A DNA stretch of 62,565 nucleotides, counting the filler, from Chiloscyllium plagiosum (lineage: Eukaryota): assembly GCF_004010195.1 (NCBI RefSeq). It is 4 parts of one record of this genome, joined end to end, with 100 filler letters (N's around TTAATTAATTAA, not from the genome) between each part and the next. Parts side by side here need not be neighbours in the genome. Positions count along the whole stretch, not along the records: positions 28,545 to 41,625 come from NC_057713.1; positions 41,726 to 51,542 come from NC_057713.1; 2 more parts are not named here. One strand, given 5' to 3'. The notes under the pieces are model-generated. The model ran no database searches, was not told where the DNA came from, and saw nothing but the letters and a program-made list of their open reading frames with translations. Position 1 is the first letter of the stretch; each line of letters begins with the position of its first letter. Below are positions 37,735-49,631 of this stretch, piece after piece. The translations under genes were made by a program, and so were the position numbers.

Positions 37735-38207
37735 ATTGCACTAGAGAACATTTAGAGGAGATTTATCATGATGCTGCTTGGGTTGAAGAGTTTTAGGTAT
37801 GAAGAGAGATTTTAATAGACTGAGGTTGTCTTCCCTGGAGCAGAGGAGACTGAGGGGGGATTGCGATTGGATTGTATAAAATGGAGTGTCATAGATAAGG
37901 TAGACAGAAGAAACTTTTCCCTGTGGTGGAAGGATCAATGGCCATGGACATAGAATGAAGTTGAGGAACAGGAGGCTTAGTTGGAATGTGAGGTTGGTAG
38001 GGATCTCAAACTCGCTATCTGTAAGCGTGGTAGAGACAGAAACCCTCATAACATTTAAGAACATTTTAGGTGCACACTGGTGATGCCAAGGCATGCAGGG
38101 CTATGGGCTAAGTGACGGAAAAGAAGGTTAGATGGTGGTTTTGGCCAGTGCACATTATGGGCTGAAAGGGATTTTTCTGTGCTGTAGACCTCTCTCTGAC
38201 TCTTTGA
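37735..38207 (+). mobile_element. Decayed CR1 3' end
   Basis: ALENI.RRFIMML, LRLSSLEQRRLRGD; CR1 3'UTR. Confidence 0.82.
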
Positions 38208-40100
38208 TCTTCAGGCTCACTTTCTCCATCATGAAGTCCATGTAGTTCCTTCAGTCAGTCAGCTCTATGCTTGTAATGCACATAAAGATCAGTAAACACA
38301 GAACCCAGGCTATGCTTGTAAGTCTGTGATATTGTAGCCATATTAATAGCTTGTGTTGTTTATTCAATACTTTGAAATTCATTAAGAAACACTGTTATAT
38401 GAACAGTGTTGTTGGCGAAGGTAGTGAATACTGAATGTGGTAATGGAGTGCCAGTCACGCAGGTTACGTTGTCCTGAATGGTATCAAGTGTTCTGAGAAC
38501 TGTTACACCCATCCAAATTGGAGATATTCTATCACATTTTTTTTTACTGTTGCCTTGTCGATAGTGGACTGGCTTTGGGAAACCAGTGGTGATTTGCTTG
38601 CCATGAACTTCCCTAATTCTGACCTGCTCTTCTAACTATAGTATTTCTGTGTCTAGTCCAGTTCAGTTTCTCAGTATTCAGAGATTTGAACACCACTGAA
38701 TGTCAAGAGATGATTCATTGATACACTCTTCTTGACACTTTGTGGCACAAATTTTAGTTGCCACCTACCTTAAACCTGAATATTGTACATCTTGCTGCAT
38801 TTGGATGCTGAAGCAGTATCTGAGGAGTTGTGAATGGTGCTGAACATTGTCCAACCATCAACTTCTGGCCTTTTCATGGAGGGAATGTCATTGATAAAGC
38901 AGCTGAAGATGTTTTATCCTCGGACACTACCCTAAGAAACTCCTGCAGAGATGTCCTGGAGCTGAGATGACTGACCTTCAACAATCACAACTATCTTCCT
39001 TTAGTGTGAGCTATGACTGCAAGCGGTAGAGAGTTTTCTTTGAGCTCCTCGATGCTCAATTTGGTTAAACGCTGCCTTGATGTGAAGGATAGTTGCTCTT
39101 GCTTCTGGAGTTCAGCATTTTTGTCAGTTTTCGATCAAGGCTGTGACAAGCTGATAGCAGCCATACTGAGCATCAATGAGCATGTTATTGCTAAGCAGGT
39201 GCTATTTGATGATACCTTAGTGACTTCACTGGTGATTTGAAAATAGATTAATTGGGTAGCAATTAACCAGTTGGATTTTACACCTTGCTGGGTAGATGTT
39301 AGTATTGTAGCTGTTCTGGAGCCACTTAGCTATGAGTGCAGCTAGTTCTAGAGGGCACATCTTCAGTCCTATTCCCGGAATGTCAGAGCTTATTATCTTT
39401 GGAGCATCCTGTGACTTCAGCCATTTCTTGAGATTGTGTGGAGTGAATAAAGTTGGATGAAGACTCAACTTCAGGAGGAGGGTAAAACAGATAATCAGCT
39501 CGGCATTACTGGCTGAAGGTGGCTGATTCGGCCTTGTCTTTTACATTGATTTGCTGAGCTCCCCTGACTTTGAGGATGGGGATGCTGTGTGTACTGGTGG
39601 AACCTTGCCTTTTGTTCATTGTTTGGTTGCCCAGGTCCAGTCATGACCGGGTATGGCAGGACTGCAGTGTTTAGGTCTGACCAATTGCTTGTGGAATTTT
39701 CTTTAGCTCTGCCTATCACTTGCTGCTTCAGCTATTTGTCATACACATGGTCCTGTTTTAAATCATCACCAAGTTAACGAATCTTTAAAATTCTTTCTTG
39801 TTCCAGCATACCCTAACATGGCCTACTACTCTCATCAATCGACCACAGTTGATCCCAAGACTTGATAATATTCCTTGCCATAAGATTACGGATTGTAGTT
39901 GAATACAAAGCTCCAAGGTCCATAGTGCCTCGTAGTTGTCCACTTTTGAGTTACTAGATCTGTTTGAAGTTTGTTCCAATAATTATGGAATAGTGCTGCA
40001 CAACACAATGTGTTATCCATGTGAATGATTGACTGCGGTAATCATTTCTACTGATTACTGACATGCATCTGTGGAAGGTAGGTTGGAAAGTATGAGGTCA

Positions 40101-41135
40101 ATAGATAATAGACAATAGGTGCAGGAGTAGGCCATTCAGCCCTTCGAGCCTGCACTGCCATTCAATATAATCATGGCTGATCATTCCGAATCAGTATCCT
40201 GTTCCTGCCTTATCTCCATAACCCTTGACTCCACTATCTTTGAGAGCTCTATCCAACTCTTTCTTAAATGAATCCAGAGACTGGGCCTCCACTGCCCTCT
40301 GGGGCAGAACATTCCACACAGCCACCACTCTCTGGGTGAAGAAGTTTCTCCTCATCTCAGTCCTAAATGGTCTACCCCGTATTTTTAAGCTGTGTCCTCA
40401 GGTTCGGCACTCACCCATCAGCAGAAACATGTTTCCTGCTGCCAGAGTGTCCAATCCTTTCATAATCTTATACGTCTCAATCAGATCCCCTCTCAGTCTT
40501 CTAAACTCAAGGGTACACAAGCCCAGTCGCTCCAGTCTTTCAGTGTAAGGTAATCCCGCCATTCCAGGAATTGACCTCGTGAAACTACGCTGCATTCCCT
40601 CAATAGCCAGAATGTCTCTCCTCAAATTTGGAGACCAGAACTGCACACAGTACTCCAGGTGTGGTCTCACCAGGGCCCTGTACAGCTGCAGAAGGACCTC
40701 TTTGCTTCTATACTCAATCCCTCTTGTTATGAAGGCCAGCATGCTATTAGCCTTCTTCACTACCTGCTGTACCTGCATGCTTACCTTCATTGAGTGGTGC
40801 ACAAGAACCCCCAGATCTCTCTGTACTGCCCCTTTACCTAAATTGATTCCACTTAGGTGGTAATCTGCCTTCCTGTTCTTGCCACCAAAGTGGATAAGGA
40901 TCCATTTATCCACGTGAAAGTGCATCTGCCATGCATCTGAGCACTCACCTAACTTGTCCAGGTCACCCTGTAATCTCCTAACATCCTCATCACATTTCAC
41001 CCTGCCACCCAGCTGATGAAATTTGCGAATGTTATTGCTAATACCATCTTGTATATCCTGAAGATAGATCGTAAAAAGCTGCGGTCCCAGTACTGATCCG
41101 TGCGGTACCCCACTGGTCAGTGCCCGGCATTCCGA
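40101..41135 (-). mobile_element. Young CR1 3' part (RT plus 3'UTR, CTATTGT tail)
   Basis: [46 protein letters not shown]. Confidence 0.95.
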
Positions 41136-41426
41136 AATGGAGGGGGGGAGGAGTGTGGAAGGATGAGAGAATGCAGGCTGCGGCCCTATGAAGCAGGGGG
41201 AGGGCTTGCAGTTGGCCTGTGTGGGGATGTGGGAGACTACAGGAGCCTGGTGGGCAAGGGCTGGCCTGAAAGGCAGCTGGAGGGACGGAGGGAGGGAAGC
41301 ACGCACGGAGGAGGAAGAGCAAAGAGAAAAGAGAAAAAAAAGCCAAAGGGGATAAAGAGAAAGAGCAAGAAAGAAAATGTGGCTGGCCAGCACGCCTTGA
41401 AGTAGGGAGAAAAGGCAAGGGCCAGC
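41136..41426 (+). other. Purine-rich, G-tract spacer, probable 5S rDNA non-transcribed spacer
   Basis: GA-rich low-complexity sequence directly upstream of the 5S gene. Confidence 0.55.
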
Positions 41427-41546
41427 GCCTACGGCCATACTAGTCTGAAAACGCCCGATCTCGTCTGATCTCGGAAGCTAAGCAGACTCAGGCCTGGTTA
41501 GTACTTGGATGGGAGACCGCCTGGGAATACCAGGTGCAGTAGGCTT
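41427..41546 (+). rRNA. 5S rRNA gene, 120 nt
   Basis: GCCTACGGCCATAC..GCCCGATCTCGTCTGATCTCGGAAGCTAAGC..TTAGTACTTGGATGGGAGACCGCCTGGGAATACC..GTAGGCTT; terminal stem GCCTAC/GTAGGC, AGTCTG/CAGACT pairing, box A and box C intact. Confidence 0.97.
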
Positions 41547-41549
41547 TTT
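41545..41549 (+). terminator. Pol III T5 terminator of the 5S gene
   Basis: TTTTT at the 5S 3' end. Confidence 0.85.
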
Positions 41550-41625
41550 CCGCCAGCAGTGGCTGCTCAAGTCACCCCTCTGCACTTGTCTTGTGCCAGG
41601 CAATGGAGCGGCAGGTTATTTCTGC

Positions 41626-41725
41626 NNNNNNNNNNNNNNNNNNNNNNNNNNNNNNNNNNNNNNNNNNNNTTAATTAATTAANNNNNNNNNNNNNNNNNNN
41701 NNNNNNNNNNNNNNNNNNNNNNNNN
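41626..41725. other. Assembly linker N44-TTAATTAATTAA-N44
   Basis: Same 100-nt block as 28445-28544. Confidence 0.95.
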
Positions 41726-41960
41726 GGGGCTTGTAGATGACTCCCAAGAGGGTCTTTTTACCCTTAGTATTTTGCAACTCTATCCACACTGACTCTACAT
41801 CCCCTGACTCTAGGTCCCCCCGCGCAAGGGACTGAATATCCTCCCTTACCAACAAGACCACCCCACCCCCTCTGCCCGTCAGTCTGTCCTTACGATAGCA
41901 CGTGTAGCCTTGAATATTCATTTCCCAGGCCCTGTCCACTTGAAGCCACGTCTCAGTTAT
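41726..41960 (-). mobile_element. CR1 endonuclease fragment, likely the 5' end of the 40101 copy
   Basis: ITETWLQ..IQGYTCYRKDR..GGGVVLLV..ESVWIEL..LGVIYKP. Confidence 0.92.
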
Positions 41961-42544
41961 GTATGTTTTCCCCTCTTGCTACTTTCCTCACCACCTAGTG
42001 AAGGCCCAGGCAATCAGTGGTGTCCTTCAGTACGTAACCATCTCGTTTAGTAATGGTGCTACTGAGCCACTCTTCAATGAAGACATTGAAGTCTCCCAAC
42101 CAGAGTTCATTCTGTGCATGTATCACCCTCAGTGCTTTGTCCATGTGGTGCTCACATGGAGGAGTACTGATTCATCAGACAAGGAGGTTGGTAATTGATA
42201 ATCAGCAAGCAGATTCATTATCTGTGTTTGATCTGATGCAATGAGATTTCATGTGTCCAGTCTCAATGTTGAGGACAATGCAGGGCAACTCCTTCCTCAC
42301 TCTATAAGCACTGTACCACCATCCCTGCTGGACCTGTCCTGTTGATGTAATAGGATATATTCAAGGATGATGGTGTCTGGGAGTTTATCGATAAGTGTGA
42401 TCCCATGGGTATAATTGTGTCAGGCTCTGGCTTGACTAGTCTGTGGGACAGCTCTCTCAATTTTGCCACAAACCCCTGTAGCTTAGTAATGAGGATTCTG
42501 CAGTATTAAAGTGTTAAAAGTCAACCACATAGCTTGTCAATCAT

Positions 42545-42819
42545 TTAAGAGCCAACCACATCGCTGTGGGGCTGGAACCACACATCGACCAAACCAGGTA
42601 GACAATAGATTTCCTTCCCTACAGGATGTTAATGAACCTGGTGGATGTTTAAACCAATTTGTAGTAACTTCTTGGTCATTATAACAGTGACTAGCCTTGT
42701 ATTCTAGAGTTAATTCATTGAATTTAAATGCCGACAGCTGCTCTGGTGGGATTCAAATGTGCATTGATTTGGGTCTTGAGATTACTAGTCCTGTCACATC
42801 ACCATCATGCCACCACCTC
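42545..42819 (-). mobile_element. tRNA-derived SINE (third family)
   Basis: Homologous to 53481-53785 (caaccacat.gctgtggg, ttccttccct, aatttaaat..gctg..tggtgggatt). Confidence 0.75.
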
Positions 42820-43284
42820 ATTCCATTTCTGACTATATTTGATATGTTTACCTTGCTGAACTTTTTTTTTTAAATACATTTAAGAAATAGAGCAAATCCA
42901 AGCTCCAGATTTTGCTGTTTTATTGTCATAAAAGAATGAAGCCATTGGTGGTTACTTAAAATGTCTTTTTCCACTGATCTATCTCTAGCTTTCCTGTACC
43001 CTTTCCCTTCCTCTGAATCCGTTCTAAGTACTTTTCATTTGCTGTAATTATGAGACCAGTTTCTCTCTAATTACGTCCTTCCTTTCTCCGAGAATAATTC
43101 CACAAAATTAATTTTGTAAGCTTCACCTTGGTGGAATCTGACCAACGTCTCTTATTATCTTGGAGAATTGTAGGTAGGCGGCCATAAATTTTCAATGTGT
43201 CCCTACTGCAAGTGAGGCCCTAGTGAACAGGATGACATCTATCTGTACAACTGTCACTGTAAGCATCATAAAAATATTTATTTC

Positions 43285-43803
43285 AAATGGACCCCACCAC
43301 CAGTGATATATTTCCCCCCCCCTCAGGTCCACATCCCCCACCAATCCAACCTCCACTCCCGGCACCTTCCCCTGCAACCGTAAGAAATGCAAAACTTGCG
43401 GCCACACCTCCCCCTTACTTCCCTCCAAGGCCCCAAGGGATCCTTCCATATCCGCCACAAAGTCACCTGCACCTCCACACACATCATTTACTGCATCCGC
43501 TGCACCCGATGTGGCCTCCTCTATATTGGGGAGACAGGCCNNNNNNNNNNNNNNNNNNNNNNNNNNNNNNNNNNNNNNNNNNNNNNNNNNNNNNNNNNNN
43601 NNNNNNNNNNNNNNNNCCACGCCGGCCTATCATCCTCACCTTAACCTCCTTCCACCTATCGGATTTCCAACGCCCCTCCCCCAAGTCCCTCCTCCCTACC
43701 CTTTATCTTAGCTTGCTTGGCACACTTTCCTCATTCCTGAAGAAGGGCTCTTGCCCGAAACGTCGATTCTCCTGCTCCTTGGATGCTGCCTGACCTGCTG
43801 CGC
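43285..43803 (+). mobile_element. PLE 3' part: GIY-YIG endonuclease and terminus with intact hammerhead core
   Basis: TCTSTHIIYCIRCTRCGLLYIGETG; CTGAAGA-AGGGCTCTTGCCC-GAAA-CGTC at 43737-43764; internal 76-N gap. Confidence 0.93.
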
Positions 43804-45299
43804 TTATACTACATAAGGCCCTCTACATACATCACAACATCTCAGCACATCAATATATCCATTTATTTCTTCCTCCCTCATGTTTTTAATAAAACTCTCT
43901 TGAAAGGCATTGAGGCTATTCATCTGAATTTGTTATTGGGCTGAAAATTGCACATTTTAACCAATGGTCCCTCTATGCTGATCACATTATTGACTTCCAG
44001 TTCCAGAAGTCATTGCCATGCATCAACCTCAGGTGGTCTGCCCAGCCGGAGAAAAAAAATAGAGGAAATGCTGATTTTAACCACTCCTCAACTTGTTTCT
44101 ATGGTGGTATGGATCAGAGCAATAATGCACCCCCAATTTACAGTCACCCAATCACTACATTGGCTATTATCTTGAGCTCAACTACAAAACTCCCTTCAAA
44201 ATAACAGCCGTTCGTGCATAAATGTAGATATTTGCAAAACAAAGTCAGTTAAAATAGTTATTTACAAACTGTGAAACAAAGCATGAAATTCAGCAAACAT
44301 TAAAAAGTGTATTTTGGTCCAGATTTTGGTGAAGTCAGAATAACCATAAATTTTAAGTGAGATCAGGTTTCTGAAATTACTGCACTCCATTCCCTGCAAT
44401 CTGATTTTTCACTGGTCCGGGTTAAGGACATGGATCCTACTATATACTACGTACAGAACCAATAAGCTATAAGTAGCAACATAAGCTGTTGAGATTGACA
44501 TTTAAAAAATGCTTAGTCAGGAATCTATTTTGAAGGTAAGATTTCAAGAGCAGCACTCTTCTTTTTGCCTAGCTGGATACTGCTATTTATAGCTTAATTA
44601 ACAGACATTTTACCCTGCTTCACACTTCTTAACCTTGCTTAAATAAACAGACAGACTTTAAAAATTAGATAAAACGAAATTAATTTCTTATATCGCCTAG
44701 AGAGAGATTTGATCCATTAAAACTAACAATCCGGCTGAGCCAATCCCATTTGGAAACTCCTGGAGCTCTGCCAAGTATTCATAAGGAGGCTCTCTAGGAA
44801 CTATATCAGAGGTAGATGATTAACTATCTGCTTCTACCAAAAGCCTCATGGAGGGTTCTTGGGTTTTGAAGTGGGAGAAGCATAGAGGGTACATGAGTCA
44901 GATTGCTTAGACACACCCTTAAAAGCTTCCTGAATGTATGTGCCATCCGGAAACTGGACCTACTCCACCAAAAATTGCCAGGTGAAGAGGGAGGGTTGCT
45001 GTTTGAGATGCTTACCCTTGCAAATGGACTGAAAAGTTGAGAATACAGAATACAGACTTGCTTCCCACTACCAGAACTGGAAGTGAGGTCAGAAATCCTG
45101 GAATCGAACCCTGCTCACCATTTTTAAAGGCCTCCAGAGACCAGCAGACTTCAAAACTCCAGCCTTTAAATTCATGAGACGTACTATTGTGAGGTTTACA
45201 ACTGGTAGCTGTGTAATCCTATTTCTGAACAGCAGAGTCTACATAAGCAGGGGTGGGTTAGAGAGAAAATGCCTAAACCAACTAAACCAACACACCAAT

Positions 45300-45390
45300 A
45301 GTGTGCTTCCAATTAAACCTGTTGGACTATAACTTCGTGTTGTGTGATTTTTAACTTTGTACCCCCCAGTCCAACACCGGCATCTCCAAA
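45300..45390 (+). mobile_element. PLE family A terminal fragment
   Basis: aaacctgttggactataac..gtgttgtgtgatttttaactttgt..ccagtccaacaccggca. Confidence 0.8.
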
Positions 45391-46106
45391 TCATAACCAA
45401 TATTTTAGATAAGATAATTATCTTCATGGTAGTCTCAAACTGATAATTTAAGGTGAATATTATTTGCTCATCAATGTAAGGGAAAATTCCGCATGTTATA
45501 GAGATTTATACTTAGCCTGAAAGTTAAATGCAAACATTAAACATTGTCACCCAAAAATAATTACTGAAACAATTATTTGTTATGTATAGTAATGGTTCTG
45601 AATGAGTTAAATGTTCATGTTACATAGAACTCCACCTAATCTGATAATGTCACACACGTCTTTGGGCAGAGTTAGTGGAGTTTTGTATGACTACTCAAAG
45701 GGAGCAGACAGATTCTCCCTATGGTACAACTCCCTATGGTCCTTAGTAATTATGACTGACTAGTATTGTAAACTTAAACCTCTTGCTATCATGCAATGGA
45801 CTACCTTCTTTTGCAAGTTAAATGCATATTCAAATTGACTGATATAGTCAATTTCTAAACTCAGCATATATAACGGAAGACTAGTGGTAAAAAGGTACCC
45901 AAACCAGAATACCACATGTTGGCATTGGTGGTATAGAAAACCACAACGTAGCCAGATTGACTCAATTACCTTAATTGAAGGCAAAACTCAAGTGCATTTC
46001 ACATATGGCCTGCCTTACATAGCTTTCTCAAGTTAGAATAATTGTGAGGATGTAAGCCATTCTCAGTATTAAAACAGATACATGAATAAAGAGATTATTA
46101 ATTGAT

Positions 46107-46154
46107 ACACACACACCACACACACACCACACACACACCACACACACACACACA
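46107..46154. repeat. Imperfect (CA)n microsatellite
   Basis: Seen directly. Confidence 0.95.
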
Positions 46155-47297
46155 TCCCCTAACTAACTTATGTCATATAATGGAAGTTAAATCAGACGTT
46201 TATTTCACTGTTAGTCACCCTGTCAAAAAGCTCCAAAGATGTTTACAATTTTGGAAACGGCCTTATGTCACATGGTCAATTTGTGAGCAGTGCCCACCTG
46301 TCACAGTGGTCCTTAACACACAACTTTGTCAAATCAAGCCAAACAGAGCTACATGTTGAAGCAGGTCTTGCGCTTTTAAACTCGGGGTTAGAGGTGACTT
46401 GCACTCAACTTTCACATTTACTTCCAAAATTGTTTGCTAGGCAAAACCTGTGAATTATTAGACTTCTACCGAGATAGATTTACAAGGGTACAAAAGTTGT
46501 TTATAAGGTAATATTATTGCAATCAATATGCTACATCGACCTATCGTCAATTACCTGTGCCCAGTCCCAGACGCTATAATCTTGTCAGGATTTCCCTGAA
46601 GGAGTCACACCACCTTTGAAATAGGCAAGAACAAAAGCAGAAGCCAAAGTATTCAGCCTGGCAGCCAATGGAAGCATGCTCGGATTCAGGTGATTCTACA
46701 CCATAAAGGGAAGAGTCCAGTAGAGTCATCACCACAGATCCACACCACAGATAAAGGCCATTCAGCCCACTGAGTCTGCATCGGTCAAAAACAACCAGCA
46801 AATGACTCATCTCATTTCCCAGCACTTGGCCCATAGCCGTGTATGTTTTGGTATCATAAGTACATATCTAAATACTTCTTAAATGTTATCAGTCCCCTCT
46901 GCTACCAAGGAAACAATCCCAGTCCGTCCAATCTCTCTTCATAACTGAAACTCTCTGGTGTTATCACATCCCTCCTATGATTTGATTCCAGAACCGCACA
47001 CTACTGCTGTGGCCTCACCAATATTTTATACAGTTCCACATTATCTCCCGGCTCTTAATTTTTACGCCTCAACCAATAAAGGCATTGCTTCCCAGAGCCC
47101 TACTATTCATCACGTATTCCCTTGCCTTGTTTGCCCTGCCTGAGTGCATCAGCTCACTTACCCGGATTGAATTCCATTTTCCACTGATCACCCCATCCAT
47201 ATCCTCCTGCAATTTAAGGTTATCTCACTATTTACACCCACCAATGTTCATGTCAAATTTCTTCAGTCAGCAGGATATTTGATGTATTATCTTCTGC

Positions 47298-47568
47298 GAG
47301 GAGAAAGTGAGGACTGCAGATGCTGGAGATCAGAGCTGAAAATGTGTTGCTGGAAAAGCGCAGCAGGTCAGGCAGCATCCAAGGAGCAGGAGAATCGACG
47401 TTTCGGGCATAAGCCTGAAGAAGGCTATCAGTCTCATTCCTGAAGAAGGGCTCATGCCCGAAACGTCGATTCTCCATTCCTGAAGAAGGGCTCATGCCCG
47501 AAACGTCGATTCTCCTGCTCCTTGGACGCTGCCTGACCTGCTCCGCTTTTCCAGCAACACATTTTCAG
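47298..47568. mobile_element. 271-bp palindromic PLE derivative with two tandem hammerhead cores
   Basis: Inverted arms about 47337-47414 and 47490-47568; 14-bp TSD GTATTATCTTCTGC (47284-47297, 47568-47581). Confidence 0.9.
47435..47515 (+). ncRNA. Tandem pair of minimal type I hammerhead ribozyme cores, 40-nt period
   Basis: CATTC-CTGAAGA-AGGGCTCATGCCC-GAAA-C-GTC-GATTCTC twice (cores at 47440 and 47480); stem II GGGC/GCCC; self-complementary ACGT in stem III. Confidence 0.72.
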
Positions 47569-48062
47569 TATTATCTTCTGCAGCTAATAAGATTACCCAG
47601 AGGTAGCCTATGCGAGAATGACACAGTCGATTTTAGGGAGATCAGAAAATAGAATTCACTCCTTAATCAGCCCTCCACCTTTCAAGTCTAAATCATTTAT
47701 ATATACTATAAGCAGCAAAGGCCCTTACACTGATCTCTGCGGAACTGCACTCCGCAGAGTTCCAGTCGGAAAAACACTCCTTGACCATCACCCTGTTGCT
47801 TTCTGTCATTCATCAATTTCTGAATCCAATTTGCCAAATGATCTTGGATCCTATTGGCTATTTCCTTTGCTATCAGTCTCCCATGCAGGACCTTATCAAA
47901 ACCCTTGCTGAAGTCCAAGTAGACTATGTCAAATGCCTTGCCATTGTCTACACACATGGTCACCTAAAAAAAAAAATCAGGTTCATAGAAACTTAATTCA
48001 ACGTTTAATTAAGTTGGTCAAGCATGACCTCCTCTCCTTAACAAAACCATGCTTTTTGATTA

Positions 48063-48409
48063 ATCATAGAATCCCTACACAGTGTGGAAACAGGCCATTT
48101 GGCTCAAAATCTCCACATCAACCCTCCGAAGAGTAACCCACTCAGAACCATTCCCCTACCCTATTACTCTACATTTACCCATCACTAATGCACCTAACCT
48201 ACACATCCCTGACCAATACAGGCAATTTAGCATGGCCAATTCACCTAACCTGCACACATTTGCATTGTGGGAGGAAACCAAAGCACCCGGAGGAAATCCA
48301 CATAGACAGAGAATGTGCAAACTCCACATAGTCACCAGGGGCCAGAATTGAACTCGGGTTCCTGGTGCTGTGAGGCAGCAGTGCTAACCACTGAGCCACC
48401 GTACCACCC
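48063..48409 (-). mobile_element. HE1-type V-SINE
   Basis: Collinear with the other HE1 copies. Confidence 0.92.
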
Positions 48410-48999
48410 TGGTCTTGCCAATCCCTGTCTCTCCTACTGCAGATTAATTCTACCCCATAAAATTACTTTAAAAGTTTCCCCACTACTGAGGTTACACTGA
48501 CTGGCCTGTAGTTTCCTGACACATGCTACGTTGCATCTGTAGCGTCTAAGCCCTGCGGCTGAAACAGACAAATAGAATGGTCACACAAAACTAGCTTATG
48601 GCGAACACAGCATGTGCATATTCAGTATTTTAGGTGTTTGGCAGTCAGGAGTGAACATTAAACAACCCTGTTGAAAAACAAGCTCTGTGGAGTGTGTTAC
48701 AATAGTGCCTTTCCAGGCTCCACATAAAATTCACTGGTCGGAATCCACTACCACTCACCCCATTCCCAACTGCTTATTCTTCTCACCAATCCCAGATTTA
48801 GTTATAGTCCCTGCTGACTAGTATCTGGTGGGGCCAAGTGAGTTGTTTGTGGAGCCGTAATCAGTACACAAAGCTCACCAGAAATTAATCAAATTCCCAC
48901 ACCCTGCCACTAGCCTCATTATGCATGAACAAGACAGGAATTAGCAATTGGACACAATCCAATGTTTAGGCCACCTTGTTGTCTTAATACACGTTCACT

Positions 49000-49631
49000 C
49001 ACTCCCTTTTTGATTTTCTGAAAAACCTCCTCCTCTACTTTTGGTTGCACTTCAGTCCCACCCTCCTGATCTTCGGACACCCGGTACGGAGGAGGGAGGG
49101 CAGGTCTGAAGACCTCCTCGTGGGTCTGCTCCTGGGCCTGGCCAAACTGGCCATCAACAGGTCGAGCCTGCGGGCCGTGGAGGGGGTCGTTAGGGCCGAC
49201 TGCCTGCCCCTCTTCCGCGATTATGTTAGAGCCCGGGTGTCCTTGGAGAAGGAGCACGTGGTGTCGACCAACACCCTCGAGTTGTTCAGGGAGAGGTGGG
49301 CGCCACAGGGAGTGGAGTGCATTATTTCTCCCTCCAACTCTATTTTGATTTAGTCTCTACCCTCCCCTTCACTGTTTTGATCACACAGCACTGCCCTTTG
49401 ATGTGAAGGGCAGTGTTTGTCACTGGCCACCCGGGTGTTTTCCTATCTTCCTGGTGGTGGAATTTGAATAAAGATTCATGCACTTTGTGTCTTTCACTGT
49501 GTCTCACACGCACACACCATGGGTGCTGGGGAAAAAATAAGCACTACTGCACTTAGGTGGTAGTGTGGGGGTTAAATTTAAAAAAAAGAAAAATAAACAG
49601 GAGTGTTTTAGTCCCTAACCTCCAAAAAAAA
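49000..49631 (+). mobile_element. 5'-truncated Tx1/L1-clade LINE with polyA tail
   Basis: ORF2 C-terminus LLLGLAKLAI..FRDYVRARVSLE..FRERW; 14-bp TSD AATACACGTTCACT (48986-48999, 49632-49645). Confidence 0.85.

Larger units (their letters stand above)
38420..42490 (-). mobile_element. Decayed CR1/L2-group LINE ORF2 (RT 38420-40100, EN 41961-42490), split by a CR1
   Basis: ELAALIAKWLQNSY..YPINLFS; GDFNV at about 42080; halves join as gaggtcaa|gtatgttttccc. Confidence 0.75.
46718..48520 (-). mobile_element. Decayed CR1 broken by a templated insert, a PLE and an HE1 SINE
   Basis: DIVYLDFSKGFDKVLHGRL (47706-47963); CR1 3'UTR at about 46720. Confidence 0.8.

Noticed and set aside
40398..41438. 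Longest ORF (346 aa, minus) with hydrophobic N-terminus, looking like a membrane-anchored RT fusion
   Set aside because: The N-terminal part is the antisense of the GA-rich 5S spacer and starts inside the 5S gene; the RT part lacks the FADD motif. Chance read-through.
47435..47515. Direct repeats resembling a mini CRISPR array
   Set aside because: Head-to-tail 40-mers with no spacers, no cas genes, vertebrate context; explained by the PLE terminus.
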